Part shown: one piece after another, positions 55,885-64,000 of the stretch
Position numbering within the stretch: position 1 is the stretch's first letter
Layout of the letters: each line of letters opens with the position of its first letter
Virus record (IMG/VR): IMGVR_UViG_3300009159_000072
Coordinates: 276 to 64,275 of that record
DNA from: a virus
Taxonomy: Duplodnaviria; Caudoviricetes
Length of the DNA stretch: 64,000 bases
Direction: 5' to 3' (one strand)
Notes under the pieces: generated by a model
Database searches by the model: none
Told to the model about the DNA's origin: nothing
Seen by the model: only the letters and a program-made list of their open reading frames with translations
Program-made: the position numbers and the translations under genes

Positions 55885-57241
55885 TGAAGACTATACCCGT
55901 AAGGTATTACCCTTCATTCAATCAGAGTATTTTTCAGACAACACCGAAAAAAATGTATTCAGTGAAATTAAAAACTTCATTGAGACCTACAACAATGTAC
56001 CAACTTATGAATCATTGACAATTAATTTCACAGAGAGTAAATCTCACACCGAAGAACAAGTTCGTGGTGCGATTGAAATTTTGAAAGATATTCGTGCAAA
56101 CAAAGATGAACCAACTGATGAGAATTGGTTGGTAACACAAACAGAAAAGTTTTGTCAAGATAAAGCAATTTACAATGCCATCATGGAATCAGTTTCGATT
56201 CTTGATGACAAGAAGAGTGCCAAAGGCAAAGGTGAAATTCCTAAGATTTTATCTGATGCACTTGGTGTATCCTTTGACAATAATATTGGTCACGATTACA
56301 TCGCAGATTTTGAAAGCCGTTATGAATTCTACCACAGAAAAGAAGAACGTGTCCCTTTTGACTTGGATTACTTTAACAGAATCACAAAAGGTGGTTTACC
56401 TAATAAAACACTCAATATTGCTCTTGCCGGTACTGGTGTGGGAAAAAGTTTGTTTATGTGCCACGTGGCCGCTGGCTGTATTGCACAAGGTACTGATGTT
56501 CTTTACATTACCATGGAAATGGCTGAAGAAAAAATTGCAGAACGTATAGATGCAAATATGTTGAATATTGCAATCAATGACCTGCACCTTATTGGTAAAG
56601 AAGATTATGTTCGTAGGTTTGAAGCCTTACAAAACAAGACTCATGGTAAATTGATTATCAAAGAATATCCAACTGCGGCCGCATCAGCGATGCATTTTAG
56701 AGCATTGTTGAATGAACTTCAATTGAAGAAGAACTTCCGTCCAAAGATTATCTTTATTGATTACCTGAATATCTGTTCATCTTCTCGTATGAAAATGGGT
56801 GCAAGTGTTAACTCATACACCTATGTCAAGTCGATTGCTGAAGAGTTGAGAGGTCTGGCTGTTGAGTTTAATGTTCCGATTGTATCAGCTACACAAACTA
56901 CACGGTCTGGCTTCAGTAACTCTGATGTTGGTCTGGAAGATACCAGTGAGTCTTTTGGTTTGCCAGCAACGGCTGACTTTATGTTTGCTTTGATTACTAC
57001 TGAAGAATTACAACAATTGAACCAGATTATGGTCAAACAGTTGAAAAATAGATACAGTGACCCTTCAATGAATAAGAAATTCGTTATTGGGGTTGACAAA
57101 TCTAAGATGAGGTTGTATGATGTAGAAGACATAGCACAGAACTTGGTTGATTCTGGTCAAGTTGCAGAAGACAAACCTGTGAACACTTTTGGTAATCGTG
57201 AGCGTAAATTTAGTTCAAAGTTTGAGAATGTGCGTGTATAA
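55832..57241 (+). CDS. gp41: Replicative DNA helicase gp41 (DnaB-like)
   Basis: LAGTGVGKS, ITMEMAEE.IAERIDAN, IDYLNI, SATQTTR and SESFGLPATAD motifs. Confidence 0.96.
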   Translation: MVNLNRLELSILKNLIYNEDYTRKVLPFIQSEYFSDNTEKNVFSEIKNFIETYNNVPTYESLTINFTESKSHTEEQVRGAIEILKDIRANKDEPTDENWLVTQTEKFCQDKAIYNAIMESVSILDDKKSAKGKGEIPKILSDALGVSFDNNIGHDYIADFESRYEFYHRKEERVPFDLDYFNRITKGGLPNKTLNIALAGTGVGKSLFMCHVAAGCIAQGTDVLYITMEMAEEKIAERIDANMLNIAINDLHLIGKEDYVRRFEALQNKTHGKLIIKEYPTAAASAMHFRALLNELQLKKNFRPKIIFIDYLNICSSSRMKMGASVNSYTYVKSIAEELRGLAVEFNVPIVSATQTTRSGFSNSDVGLEDTSESFGLPATADFMFALITTEELQQLNQIMVKQLKNRYSDPSMNKKFVIGVDKSKMRLYDVEDIAQNLVDSGQVAEDKPVNTFGNRERKFSSKFENVRV

Positions 57242-57244
57242 ATA
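57237..57244 (+). promoter_or_regulatory. T4-type late promoter TATAAATA
   Basis: Exact consensus upstream of ORF 57265. Confidence 0.75.
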
Positions 57245-57264
57245 TCCAATAAACGGAGATTTTT

Positions 57265-58002
57265 ATGGCAGGCGCATCAGCAGAACGACAAGAATCAGGT
57301 GTGGTCAAAAAGATTAATGACGCATTCAAAGCAAACGGCAAAAATCCAATTACCTTAATTGCAGGTAAAACTACAATTCCTGGGGTAATTGGTGCTGAAA
57401 AATATACTGGTAGACAACTTGGTGGTTCTGAACCATATACCGATGTTGTTATTTGTGTCATGGTCAAAGGTAAAAAAGTCGATATTAATTGCTCACTGAA
57501 AGGTGAATCTGCACCATCTTTAGCTGGTGGTGGTTTAAAAGGTTTGGAACTTGCTGTGCCTGGTATTGCAAAAAAGTTTATGCAGGCCGCATTCAAAGAA
57601 TTAACAGGTAGAAAAAAGTTGAAAGCTGGAGACAAAGTACCTGATGTATTTGGTAAAATTTCAGATAATGATAAAGTAAAAATTGTCGTTGGAAATAAAG
57701 CAATGGGTGGTCCTATTGATTATATGTACATTGGTCCTATGGATGTTAATGGTAAATATGATAAAAATAGCAATACATTAAGTTTAAATGGATCGTTAAC
57801 AGAGGCAGTTAAATATGCTAAAACGCATAATTTATATTTCCGACTGAGAGCTAGAAGAGAAGACCAAAAATTTGACCCAGAAGCAAAAGATAGAGATGGA
57901 ACACCAAAAATTTACGGTGTTTCTCCTTCCCGTGGCGATAGTGCCGGTCGTATTGTTGTTACTGACAAAGTGGCTTCAACAGGCGTAATTGTAAAAATAT
58001 GA
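57265..58002 (+). CDS. Late-expressed hypothetical protein, possible PD-(D/E)xK nuclease-like fold
   Basis: E.QE, EPYTDV.I and CSLK motifs; basic protein; GGAG SD. Confidence 0.55.
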   Translation: MAGASAERQESGVVKKINDAFKANGKNPITLIAGKTTIPGVIGAEKYTGRQLGGSEPYTDVVICVMVKGKKVDINCSLKGESAPSLAGGGLKGLELAVPGIAKKFMQAAFKELTGRKKLKAGDKVPDVFGKISDNDKVKIVVGNKAMGGPIDYMYIGPMDVNGKYDKNSNTLSLNGSLTEAVKYAKTHNLYFRLRARREDQKFDPEAKDRDGTPKIYGVSPSRGDSAGRIVVTDKVASTGVIVKI

Positions 58003-59234
58003 AATTTACCGAATTTTTAACCGAAGGTGTCAAAAAAGAAGGTGCAAATCTTCACCTAGAACACATTGAGGACGAAGTATTAAACCGTGGTGTTTCTGGT
58101 GCTAGAGATGCTATTAACTTTTTGCGGTCCCTTAGAGATATGTTAGCTGGCCATGCCGATGCTAAAGTAGCCACAACAACTAAATGGGATGGCGCACCTG
58201 CTGTCTTCTGCGGTATCAATCCTGACAATGGTAAGTTCTTTGTCGGTACCAAGGGAGTCTTTAACGTTAATCCGAAGCTGAATTATACAGATGCGGATAT
58301 TGATACTAATCATCCAAGTGAAGGTCTAAATGCAAAATTGAAAGTTGCTTTGCGCTATTTGCCTAAACTTGGCATTGATGGTATTCTTCAGGGCGATATG
58401 ATGTTTACTAAAGGTGATGTGCAGAAAAAAACAATTGATGGCGTTAAGTACATTATCTTTCAACCAAACACTATTGTTTATGCTGTGCCCGAAGATTCTG
58501 CACTTGCCAAAACGATGCTATCTGCACAAATGGGTATAGTATTTCATACTTCATACACAGGTAAGACCTTCTCTGATATGAAGGCTTCTTTTAATATTGA
58601 TATTAATCACTTAAAGACAACAAAAGATGTTTGGTTCCGAGATGCTTACTTTATTGATGCATCAGGCACAGCATCGTTTACTGAGAAAGAGACAAAAGAA
58701 GTTACTTATGCACTTTCTGATGCAGGTACACTATTTCAAAAAATCAATTCTATGACACTGAATAGAATCAGCACTAACGAAACTTTACTAGTTCAAATTA
58801 AGACTTTCAATAATACAAAAGTCCGTGAAGGAAAAGCTATCACTGACACAGTTAAACATACACAAGAATTGATTAAATGGGTTGAAGAGAAGCTGAATAA
58901 AGAAATCTTAGCTGCTAAAAAAGAAGATACTAAACTAAAACGTCAAGCTGAGAAGAATGAAATCATGCGTTTCTACCGAAACAATAATGGTGAACTCATT
59001 AAGATTTTCAATTTGATGAATGACTTAGTGATTGTTAAAAATATGATTGTGAATAAATTGCAACAAATGAAGCAAGTAACACATACTTTCTTACAAACTG
59101 ATGATGGATATAAAATTACCAATCCAGAAGGTTTTGTTGCAGTAGATAAATTATCTGGTGGTGCAGTTAAATTGATTGACCGTTTAGAATTTGCTCATGC
59201 TAACTTTACTGCGGCAAAGAATTGGAGTAAATGA
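57999..59234 (+). CDS. Conserved T4-like protein (DUF6267-like) with a KxDG nucleotidyltransferase-type motif
   Basis: HLEH.ED, TKWDGAPA, QGD.MF, PEGFVA and KLIDRLEF motifs. Confidence 0.7.
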   Translation: MKFTEFLTEGVKKEGANLHLEHIEDEVLNRGVSGARDAINFLRSLRDMLAGHADAKVATTTKWDGAPAVFCGINPDNGKFFVGTKGVFNVNPKLNYTDADIDTNHPSEGLNAKLKVALRYLPKLGIDGILQGDMMFTKGDVQKKTIDGVKYIIFQPNTIVYAVPEDSALAKTMLSAQMGIVFHTSYTGKTFSDMKASFNIDINHLKTTKDVWFRDAYFIDASGTASFTEKETKEVTYALSDAGTLFQKINSMTLNRISTNETLLVQIKTFNNTKVREGKAITDTVKHTQELIKWVEEKLNKEILAAKKEDTKLKRQAEKNEIMRFYRNNNGELIKIFNLMNDLVIVKNMIVNKLQQMKQVTHTFLQTDDGYKITNPEGFVAVDKLSGGAVKLIDRLEFAHANFTAAKNWSK

Positions 59235-59518
59235 TGGCTTCTAAGAAGTATGACTTAACTGAGATTATGAAAGAGTATGGTGATGACGATTTCGGATTCA
59301 CCGCTACTGATGAAGAAGAGTATAATGCTGTCATCGCTGAAAAAGATGGCACTGTAAAAGAATACAAGAACCGTTTACATGAAGTTGAGAAATTAATTTT
59401 GCCATTTTTGACGAACTTATTAAAGACTGCGGATCAGCCAATCATCAAATGGCCTAACCGTAAACCTATTATTGAACAACAGATTCAGAAAATCTTAAAC
59501 GTAACAAGGGGCGAATGA
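59231..59518 (+). CDS. Hypothetical protein
   Basis: DFGFTA, ILPFL.NL.K and I.WPNR motifs. Confidence 0.65.
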   Translation: MMASKKYDLTEIMKEYGDDDFGFTATDEEEYNAVIAEKDGTVKEYKNRLHEVEKLILPFLTNLLKTADQPIIKWPNRKPIIEQQIQKILNVTRGE

Positions 59519-59817
59519 TGAAAAAGATAATAGCTATTTCTCTTTTGCTATGTGTAAATCTTGCACATGCTCAACATTGGCATCATGGGCACCATGGCCA
59601 TCACGGAGGTGGTTATGGTGGTGGTTGGAATTGGGTAGTGCCTGCTATTATTGGTGGTGCTGTTGTTTATGGTGTCACACGACCACCAGAAAGACCAGTT
59701 GTAATTGAGCAACAAACTGTTATTGCACCATATGCACCGCCTGCTGGTTTCCACTGGGAACAAATTATTGATGCAAACTGTAATTGCAAAAGACTTGTAC
59801 TGGTACAGAATCAATGA
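59515..59817 (+). CDS. Secreted His/Gly-rich small protein
   Basis: Sec signal MKKIIAISLLLCVNLAHA, then HWHHGHHGHHGGG and a hydrophobic WVVPAIIGGAVVYG segment. Confidence 0.65.
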   Translation: MMKKIIAISLLLCVNLAHAQHWHHGHHGHHGGGYGGGWNWVVPAIIGGAVVYGVTRPPERPVVIEQQTVIAPYAPPAGFHWEQIIDANCNCKRLVLVQNQ

Positions 59818-59972
59818 TAAAATTCAGAAAATTTAAAGCACTACATAATAGTGTGAAAGAAGAAAAAGAGAAGAAGTCTCCCAATCCAGATATTCTTCCT
59901 GTCGCTGGTGCTGGACAATGGGGCACAAACAAATTGACCAACAAGTATAAGAAAGATACGCCAGGTCAGTAA
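59814..59972 (+). CDS. Small hypothetical protein
   Basis: GAGQWGT.KL..KYKKDTPGQ motif; ATG overlaps the upstream stop. Confidence 0.6.
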   Translation: MIKFRKFKALHNSVKEEKEKKSPNPDILPVAGAGQWGTNKLTNKYKKDTPGQ

Positions 59973-59996
59973 TTTATAATTTTTTTGGAGTATATT

Positions 59997-60836
59997 ATGA
60001 AAGATTTGATTATAGGATGTTCCACTGGATATTCGTGGGATATATTAAAGTATTGGGTTAATTCTATTAACCAATCAGGATTTGAGGGTGAGAAAGCTCT
60101 CATTCTTATGAACTGTGATATTGCAACCGCACAGAAAGTTGCTGAAGCTGGTTTTAGTATCATTGGTTTCAGTCAAGACGAAAAGGGAAACTTAGTCTAC
60201 GAACACGGTAAGATTCCTGTTCACGTAGAGAGATTTCTACACATCTACAATCATCTAAATGATAACGAATATCGGTATGTTATTACTACGGATGTGAAAG
60301 ATGTTATCTTCCAGAAAAATCCTATTGAGTATATTGAAAGCAATCTACGTGATTGGGATAACTTACTGTTTGCTTCTGAAAGTATCAAGTACAAAGATGA
60401 AGCATGGGGTAATCAGAATCTCTTGGAGACTTACGGTCCTTATATCCACGAACGTTTTAATAACAACGAAATTTATAACGTAGGGGTTTTAGCTGGTCAC
60501 GGTAAAGCCATGCGTGATTTGTGTATTAACATTTTCACTGCGGCTATCAATCGTCCTATTCCAATTTGTGACCAATCAACATTCAACTTTATGATTTCAA
60601 TGTCTCCTTACTTGGAGACCAGTAAATATGCTAAGTCTGAAGACGGATGGGCAGCACAACTCGGTACAACTGGTGACCCAAGCAAGATGAATATTCATTT
60701 ACCTTATTTGCTAGAAGCGATTCCAAAAATGGAAGGCGATAAAGTACTAACCTCTACTGGTAAAGAGTTCACAATCGTACATCAATATGATAGAGTACCA
60801 GAATGGCGCAAGATTATTGAGGCAAAATATGGTTGA
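59997..60836 (+). CDS. Putative glycosyltransferase (GT-A-like)
   Basis: RF......L, TTDVKDVIFQ.NP, N.GV..G, DQ...N and HQYDR motifs. Confidence 0.7.
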   Translation: MKDLIIGCSTGYSWDILKYWVNSINQSGFEGEKALILMNCDIATAQKVAEAGFSIIGFSQDEKGNLVYEHGKIPVHVERFLHIYNHLNDNEYRYVITTDVKDVIFQKNPIEYIESNLRDWDNLLFASESIKYKDEAWGNQNLLETYGPYIHERFNNNEIYNVGVLAGHGKAMRDLCINIFTAAINRPIPICDQSTFNFMISMSPYLETSKYAKSEDGWAAQLGTTGDPSKMNIHLPYLLEAIPKMEGDKVLTSTGKEFTIVHQYDRVPEWRKIIEAKYG

Positions 60837-61515
60837 TGGTATATTTTTTATTAGTTCTGCTTTAAACGTTAAGCAGTTGTCGGTATTTAATAATAAAGAA
60901 CGTTATTTGCAGACGGTAGAAACGATTAAAAGTATTGACAAGTACTGTCCAAATAATGTAAAATACATGTTCGACACCTCATATGAAGAACCTAATCCTG
61001 AGTATGTTGATGGTATGCAGAAGATGGGTGTAGAGTTCTTCTATACTGGTATACATCCCAGTGTTAAAGAGTTTTCTGATAAAGGTCAACGTAGTCTTGC
61101 TGAGACTCTTGGCTTTGCAATGATACTCCAACACTTTAAGTATAACAAGATTGATTGTAAAAGAATTTACAAAATGTCAGGTAGATATAAATTGAATGAT
61201 AACTTTGTTCTCAATAAAGAAGAGTTCAAAGATTCGTTTGTATTTTTACCTACAGTAGATTCTTGGATGTCAAAAGATATTCAAGAGATGGCAGGTGTCG
61301 ATAAGATTTTTGAATTGAGGCTCTGGCATATGGATGCTAGTTTGTTTGATACCTTTTTTGCAGAGTTGCCCAACATCTTTCAGTGTATGGCACAAAACAA
61401 TATTGACGTTGAACATTCATATTACAAATATCTGAATAAGTATAAGTGGACTACAGTAGACCCGATTGGATTGGAAGGTGTAATTGCACCAACAGGAGAA
61501 ATTATTAATGAGTAA
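60829..61515 (+). CDS. Hypothetical protein in the sugar cluster (possible glycosyltransferase-like)
   Basis: ER..QT..TI.SI, KMSGRY.L and D.EH motifs; coupled to its neighbours. Confidence 0.55.
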   Translation: MVDGIFFISSALNVKQLSVFNNKERYLQTVETIKSIDKYCPNNVKYMFDTSYEEPNPEYVDGMQKMGVEFFYTGIHPSVKEFSDKGQRSLAETLGFAMILQHFKYNKIDCKRIYKMSGRYKLNDNFVLNKEEFKDSFVFLPTVDSWMSKDIQEMAGVDKIFELRLWHMDASLFDTFFAELPNIFQCMAQNNIDVEHSYYKYLNKYKWTTVDPIGLEGVIAPTGEIINE

Positions 61516-62542
61516 AAATGTTTTGATTACTGGTGGCGCTGGATTTATTGCTCATCATGCTATAGATAAAATGCTGAAAGAAACTGATTGGAATATTATC
61601 TGCCTTGACAGGCTTGATATTTCAGGCAACTTAAATAGGCTACATGATATGTTACAAGACCATGATCCTGCAACTGTATCTAAGAGGTTGCGGATCATTT
61701 TCCATGACCTTCGTGCAGAATTGAATAGTCAAATTGTTGCTGATATTGGTCACGTTGATATTATTTTGCACCTAGCCGCGGCAAGCCACGTTGACCGTTC
61801 TATCACCTACCCTATGGAGTTTGTGCAAGATAACGTTATTGGTACAGTCAATATGCTAGACTATGCACGTAAGAACTTTCCGACTTTGGATCGTTTCGTT
61901 TATTTCTCGACTGATGAAATCTTTGGTGTAGCACCTCCCGGTGTTAGCTACAAAGAATATGACCGTTACAACAGCACTAATCCATATTCTGCAAGTAAGG
62001 CGGCCGCTGAAGAATTCTGTGTTGCTTATGAGAATACATATAAACTACCAATCGTAGTTACTCATACGATGAATGTATTTGGTGAACGTCAACATCCAGA
62101 GAAGTTTATTCCTGCAACCATTCAGAAAGTGCGTGATGGTCAAAAAGTTATCATTCATGCTGATCCTACTCGAACACAAGCTGGTACTCGTATGTACATT
62201 CATGCTAAAGATGTTGCAGAAGGATTGCTGTTCATTCTAAATCTAAAAGATTATAAACACACAGGCGATTATGGTCATGCACATTGTCCTAAGTTCAACT
62301 TAGTTGGTACTGAAGAGATTGATAACCTGACACTCGCACAATTGATTGCTGGTGGTGTTGGTAAAGAACTCATTTATGAAATGACTGATTTTCACACTAG
62401 CAGACCAGGACACGATTTGCGTTATGCACTAGATGGTGGTTTATTAAAGAGTCTTGGATGGGAACCTAAAATTAAATTGAGTGAACGAATTAACGAAATG
62501 GTTAAATGGTCATTAGAGAACAATCGCTGGTTAAACAAGTGA
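61508..62542 (+). CDS. rmlB: dTDP-glucose 4,6-dehydratase (RmlB-like SDR)
   Basis: TGGAGFI, HLAA.SHVDRSI, STDE, PYSASKA and RPGHD.RY motifs. Confidence 0.88.
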   Translation: MSKNVLITGGAGFIAHHAIDKMLKETDWNIICLDRLDISGNLNRLHDMLQDHDPATVSKRLRIIFHDLRAELNSQIVADIGHVDIILHLAAASHVDRSITYPMEFVQDNVIGTVNMLDYARKNFPTLDRFVYFSTDEIFGVAPPGVSYKEYDRYNSTNPYSASKAAAEEFCVAYENTYKLPIVVTHTMNVFGERQHPEKFIPATIQKVRDGQKVIIHADPTRTQAGTRMYIHAKDVAEGLLFILNLKDYKHTGDYGHAHCPKFNLVGTEEIDNLTLAQLIAGGVGKELIYEMTDFHTSRPGHDLRYALDGGLLKSLGWEPKIKLSERINEMVKWSLENNRWLNK

Positions 62543-62549
62543 GATTATT

Positions 62550-63776
62550 ATGAACTGTGAAATTATTGAATCCTGTATTGCTTGTGGTAGCAATGACCTT
62601 GTTCCTGTATTGGACTTAGGTAATCAACCACTCGCAAACTCTTACAAGAAAACTGCTGATGAAGTTGAAGAATATTATCCTTTAGCTATCAATCGATGTG
62701 AACATTGTTATCATGTACAACTAACTCATCGTGTCAATCCTGATTTGATGTTTAAAGACTATGCTTATGTTTCAGGTACAGCAAAAACTCAGCTAGACTA
62801 CTTTGAGTGGTTTGCAGATTTTGTATCTGAAAAATATGGTACTCGTCCAATAAATGCGCTCGATATTGGTTGTAACGATGGCAGTATGTTGAATGCATTT
62901 CAAGATAGAGGTACAGAAACATATGGTGTTGATCCTGCTGAGAATTTGTATGCAACTTCATCGGAAAGACATAAAGTTCATTGTGGCTATTTTACTGGCG
63001 ATGAGTGGTCTGATAAATTTGATATAATTACTTGTATGAATGCATTTGCACATAATTTTGACCAACTTGAATTATTAAGGAATATCTCCAAGAGAATGCA
63101 CAAAGACAGTTTATTGTTTGCTACAACTTCTCAGTGTGATATGATTATTAATGGTGAATTTGACACAATCTACCACGAACATTTATCTTTTTACAATATC
63201 AAGTCAATTGATGCATTATGCAAGAGAGCAGGACTAAACTTGATTGATGTTGAAAAACATCCAATTCACGGTAATAGTTATATTTTTATTATCAGCAAAT
63301 TCAAGAAAGCTCCTGCTACAATCAGTAATCTAATTGCACAAGAGCAAGCACTTGGTCTTTATTCTGAATCGACATATTCTACTTATGCAAAAGATTGCTA
63401 TAAAAACGTGAAGTTATTCAAAACTGTTATTGAAAATGCAAGTGAGCAAGGAAAAGTTATTGTTGGTTATGGTGCACCTGCCAAAGGTAATACATTAATG
63501 AACTTTGCTGGTATTGGTCCAGATTTTATTATTGATGACAATCCATTGAAGCAAGGTTTGTTTGCCCCTGGTGTAAACGTTCCAATCTATGGTTCCAATT
63601 ATCTCGACAAATATGTAAACGATAAAGGTTTAGTTTTTATTCCTCTAGCTTGGAATTTCTTCAATGAAATTAAAAGTAAGATTAAATCTAAAAGACCTAA
63701 TGGTGAAGACTATTTTATAAAATATTTTCCAACCTTTGTAGTCGAAAATCCTGAAGTAGCGCATCATCCTGTATGA
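62550..63776 (+). CDS. NDP-hexose C-methyltransferase (SAM-dependent, Zn-binding)
   Basis: CIAC...LDLG.QPLAN...C..C, DIG.NDG, FDTIYHEH and GYGAPAKGNT motifs. Confidence 0.88.
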   Translation: MNCEIIESCIACGSNDLVPVLDLGNQPLANSYKKTADEVEEYYPLAINRCEHCYHVQLTHRVNPDLMFKDYAYVSGTAKTQLDYFEWFADFVSEKYGTRPINALDIGCNDGSMLNAFQDRGTETYGVDPAENLYATSSERHKVHCGYFTGDEWSDKFDIITCMNAFAHNFDQLELLRNISKRMHKDSLLFATTSQCDMIINGEFDTIYHEHLSFYNIKSIDALCKRAGLNLIDVEKHPIHGNSYIFIISKFKKAPATISNLIAQEQALGLYSESTYSTYAKDCYKNVKLFKTVIENASEQGKVIVGYGAPAKGNTLMNFAGIGPDFIIDDNPLKQGLFAPGVNVPIYGSNYLDKYVNDKGLVFIPLAWNFFNEIKSKIKSKRPNGEDYFIKYFPTFVVENPEVAHHPV

Positions 63777-64000
63777 AAATAGGTTTTGCTTTTTACGGTA
63801 TCACTCATGGTACCGATAAGAAAACTGGTTACACAAGAGACTTTCGAGAGTGTTGGGATAACATCCAAACGCTTCTGATTGATCCTTTCAAAGAACTTGG
63901 ACATGAAACTATAAATTATGCTTCCACATATCCGTTTGGAGATTTGGAAGTACGTGATGAATTTTATCGATTAGTTGCACCAAAGAAGGTAATCTATCCA
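63773..64000 (+). CDS. Partial CDS running off the window, probably a further sugar-modifying enzyme
   Basis: MKIGFAFYG... is open to the window end; its ATG overlaps the previous TGA. Confidence 0.55.
   Translation, partial: MKIGFAFYGITHGTDKKTGYTRDFRECWDNIQTLLIDPFKELGHETINYASTYPFGDLEVRDEFYRLVAPKKVIYP

Noticed and set aside
51941-57241. Introns or inteins in gp43, uvsX or gp41
   Set aside because: The ORFs are continuous and of expected length, with no intein splice motifs or embedded endonucleases.
569-62961. Numerous minus-strand and alternate-frame ORFs in the ORF track
   Set aside because: They lie antisense to or nested in well-supported + strand genes and have no SD or recognisable motifs; they are shadows of codon bias.

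Overview
This 64 kb window comes from a large, AT-rich T4-like (myovirus) bacteriophage genome, with essentially all genes on the + strand. In order it holds: a mosaic cluster of tail-fibre and receptor-binding genes (1-15 kb); the T4-type virion module (gp13-17 with a dps gene between the terminase subunits, gp18-23, gp3); recombination and late-transcription genes (uvsY, uvsW, gp55, gp47, gp46); peptide deformylase; a DruA/DUF4338-like gene; a CobT/CobS-like pair; the replisome (gp45, gp44, gp62, regA, gp43, uvsX, gp41); hsp20 and nucleotide-pool enzymes; and the start of a sugar-biosynthesis/glycosyltransferase cluster. T4-type late promoters (TATAAATA and NNTAAATA variants) and near-consensus sigma70 promoters are visible. 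The most striking unexplained feature is a 63-nt miniature tRNA-Gly-like gene (38350-38412) directly downstream of the DruA-like gene. It keeps the GlyRS identity elements and an encoded CCA but has lost features needed for EF-Tu and ribosome use, which suggests a dedicated glycyl-donor RNA paired with a putative GNAT/Mom-like enzyme. Other structured RNAs are a multi-pseudoknot RNA plus a ROSE-like thermometer before hsp20, a leader pseudoknot before an HTH gene, and a hairpin filling the gp62-regA spacer. All protein calls come from motif recognition and gene order, not database searches.
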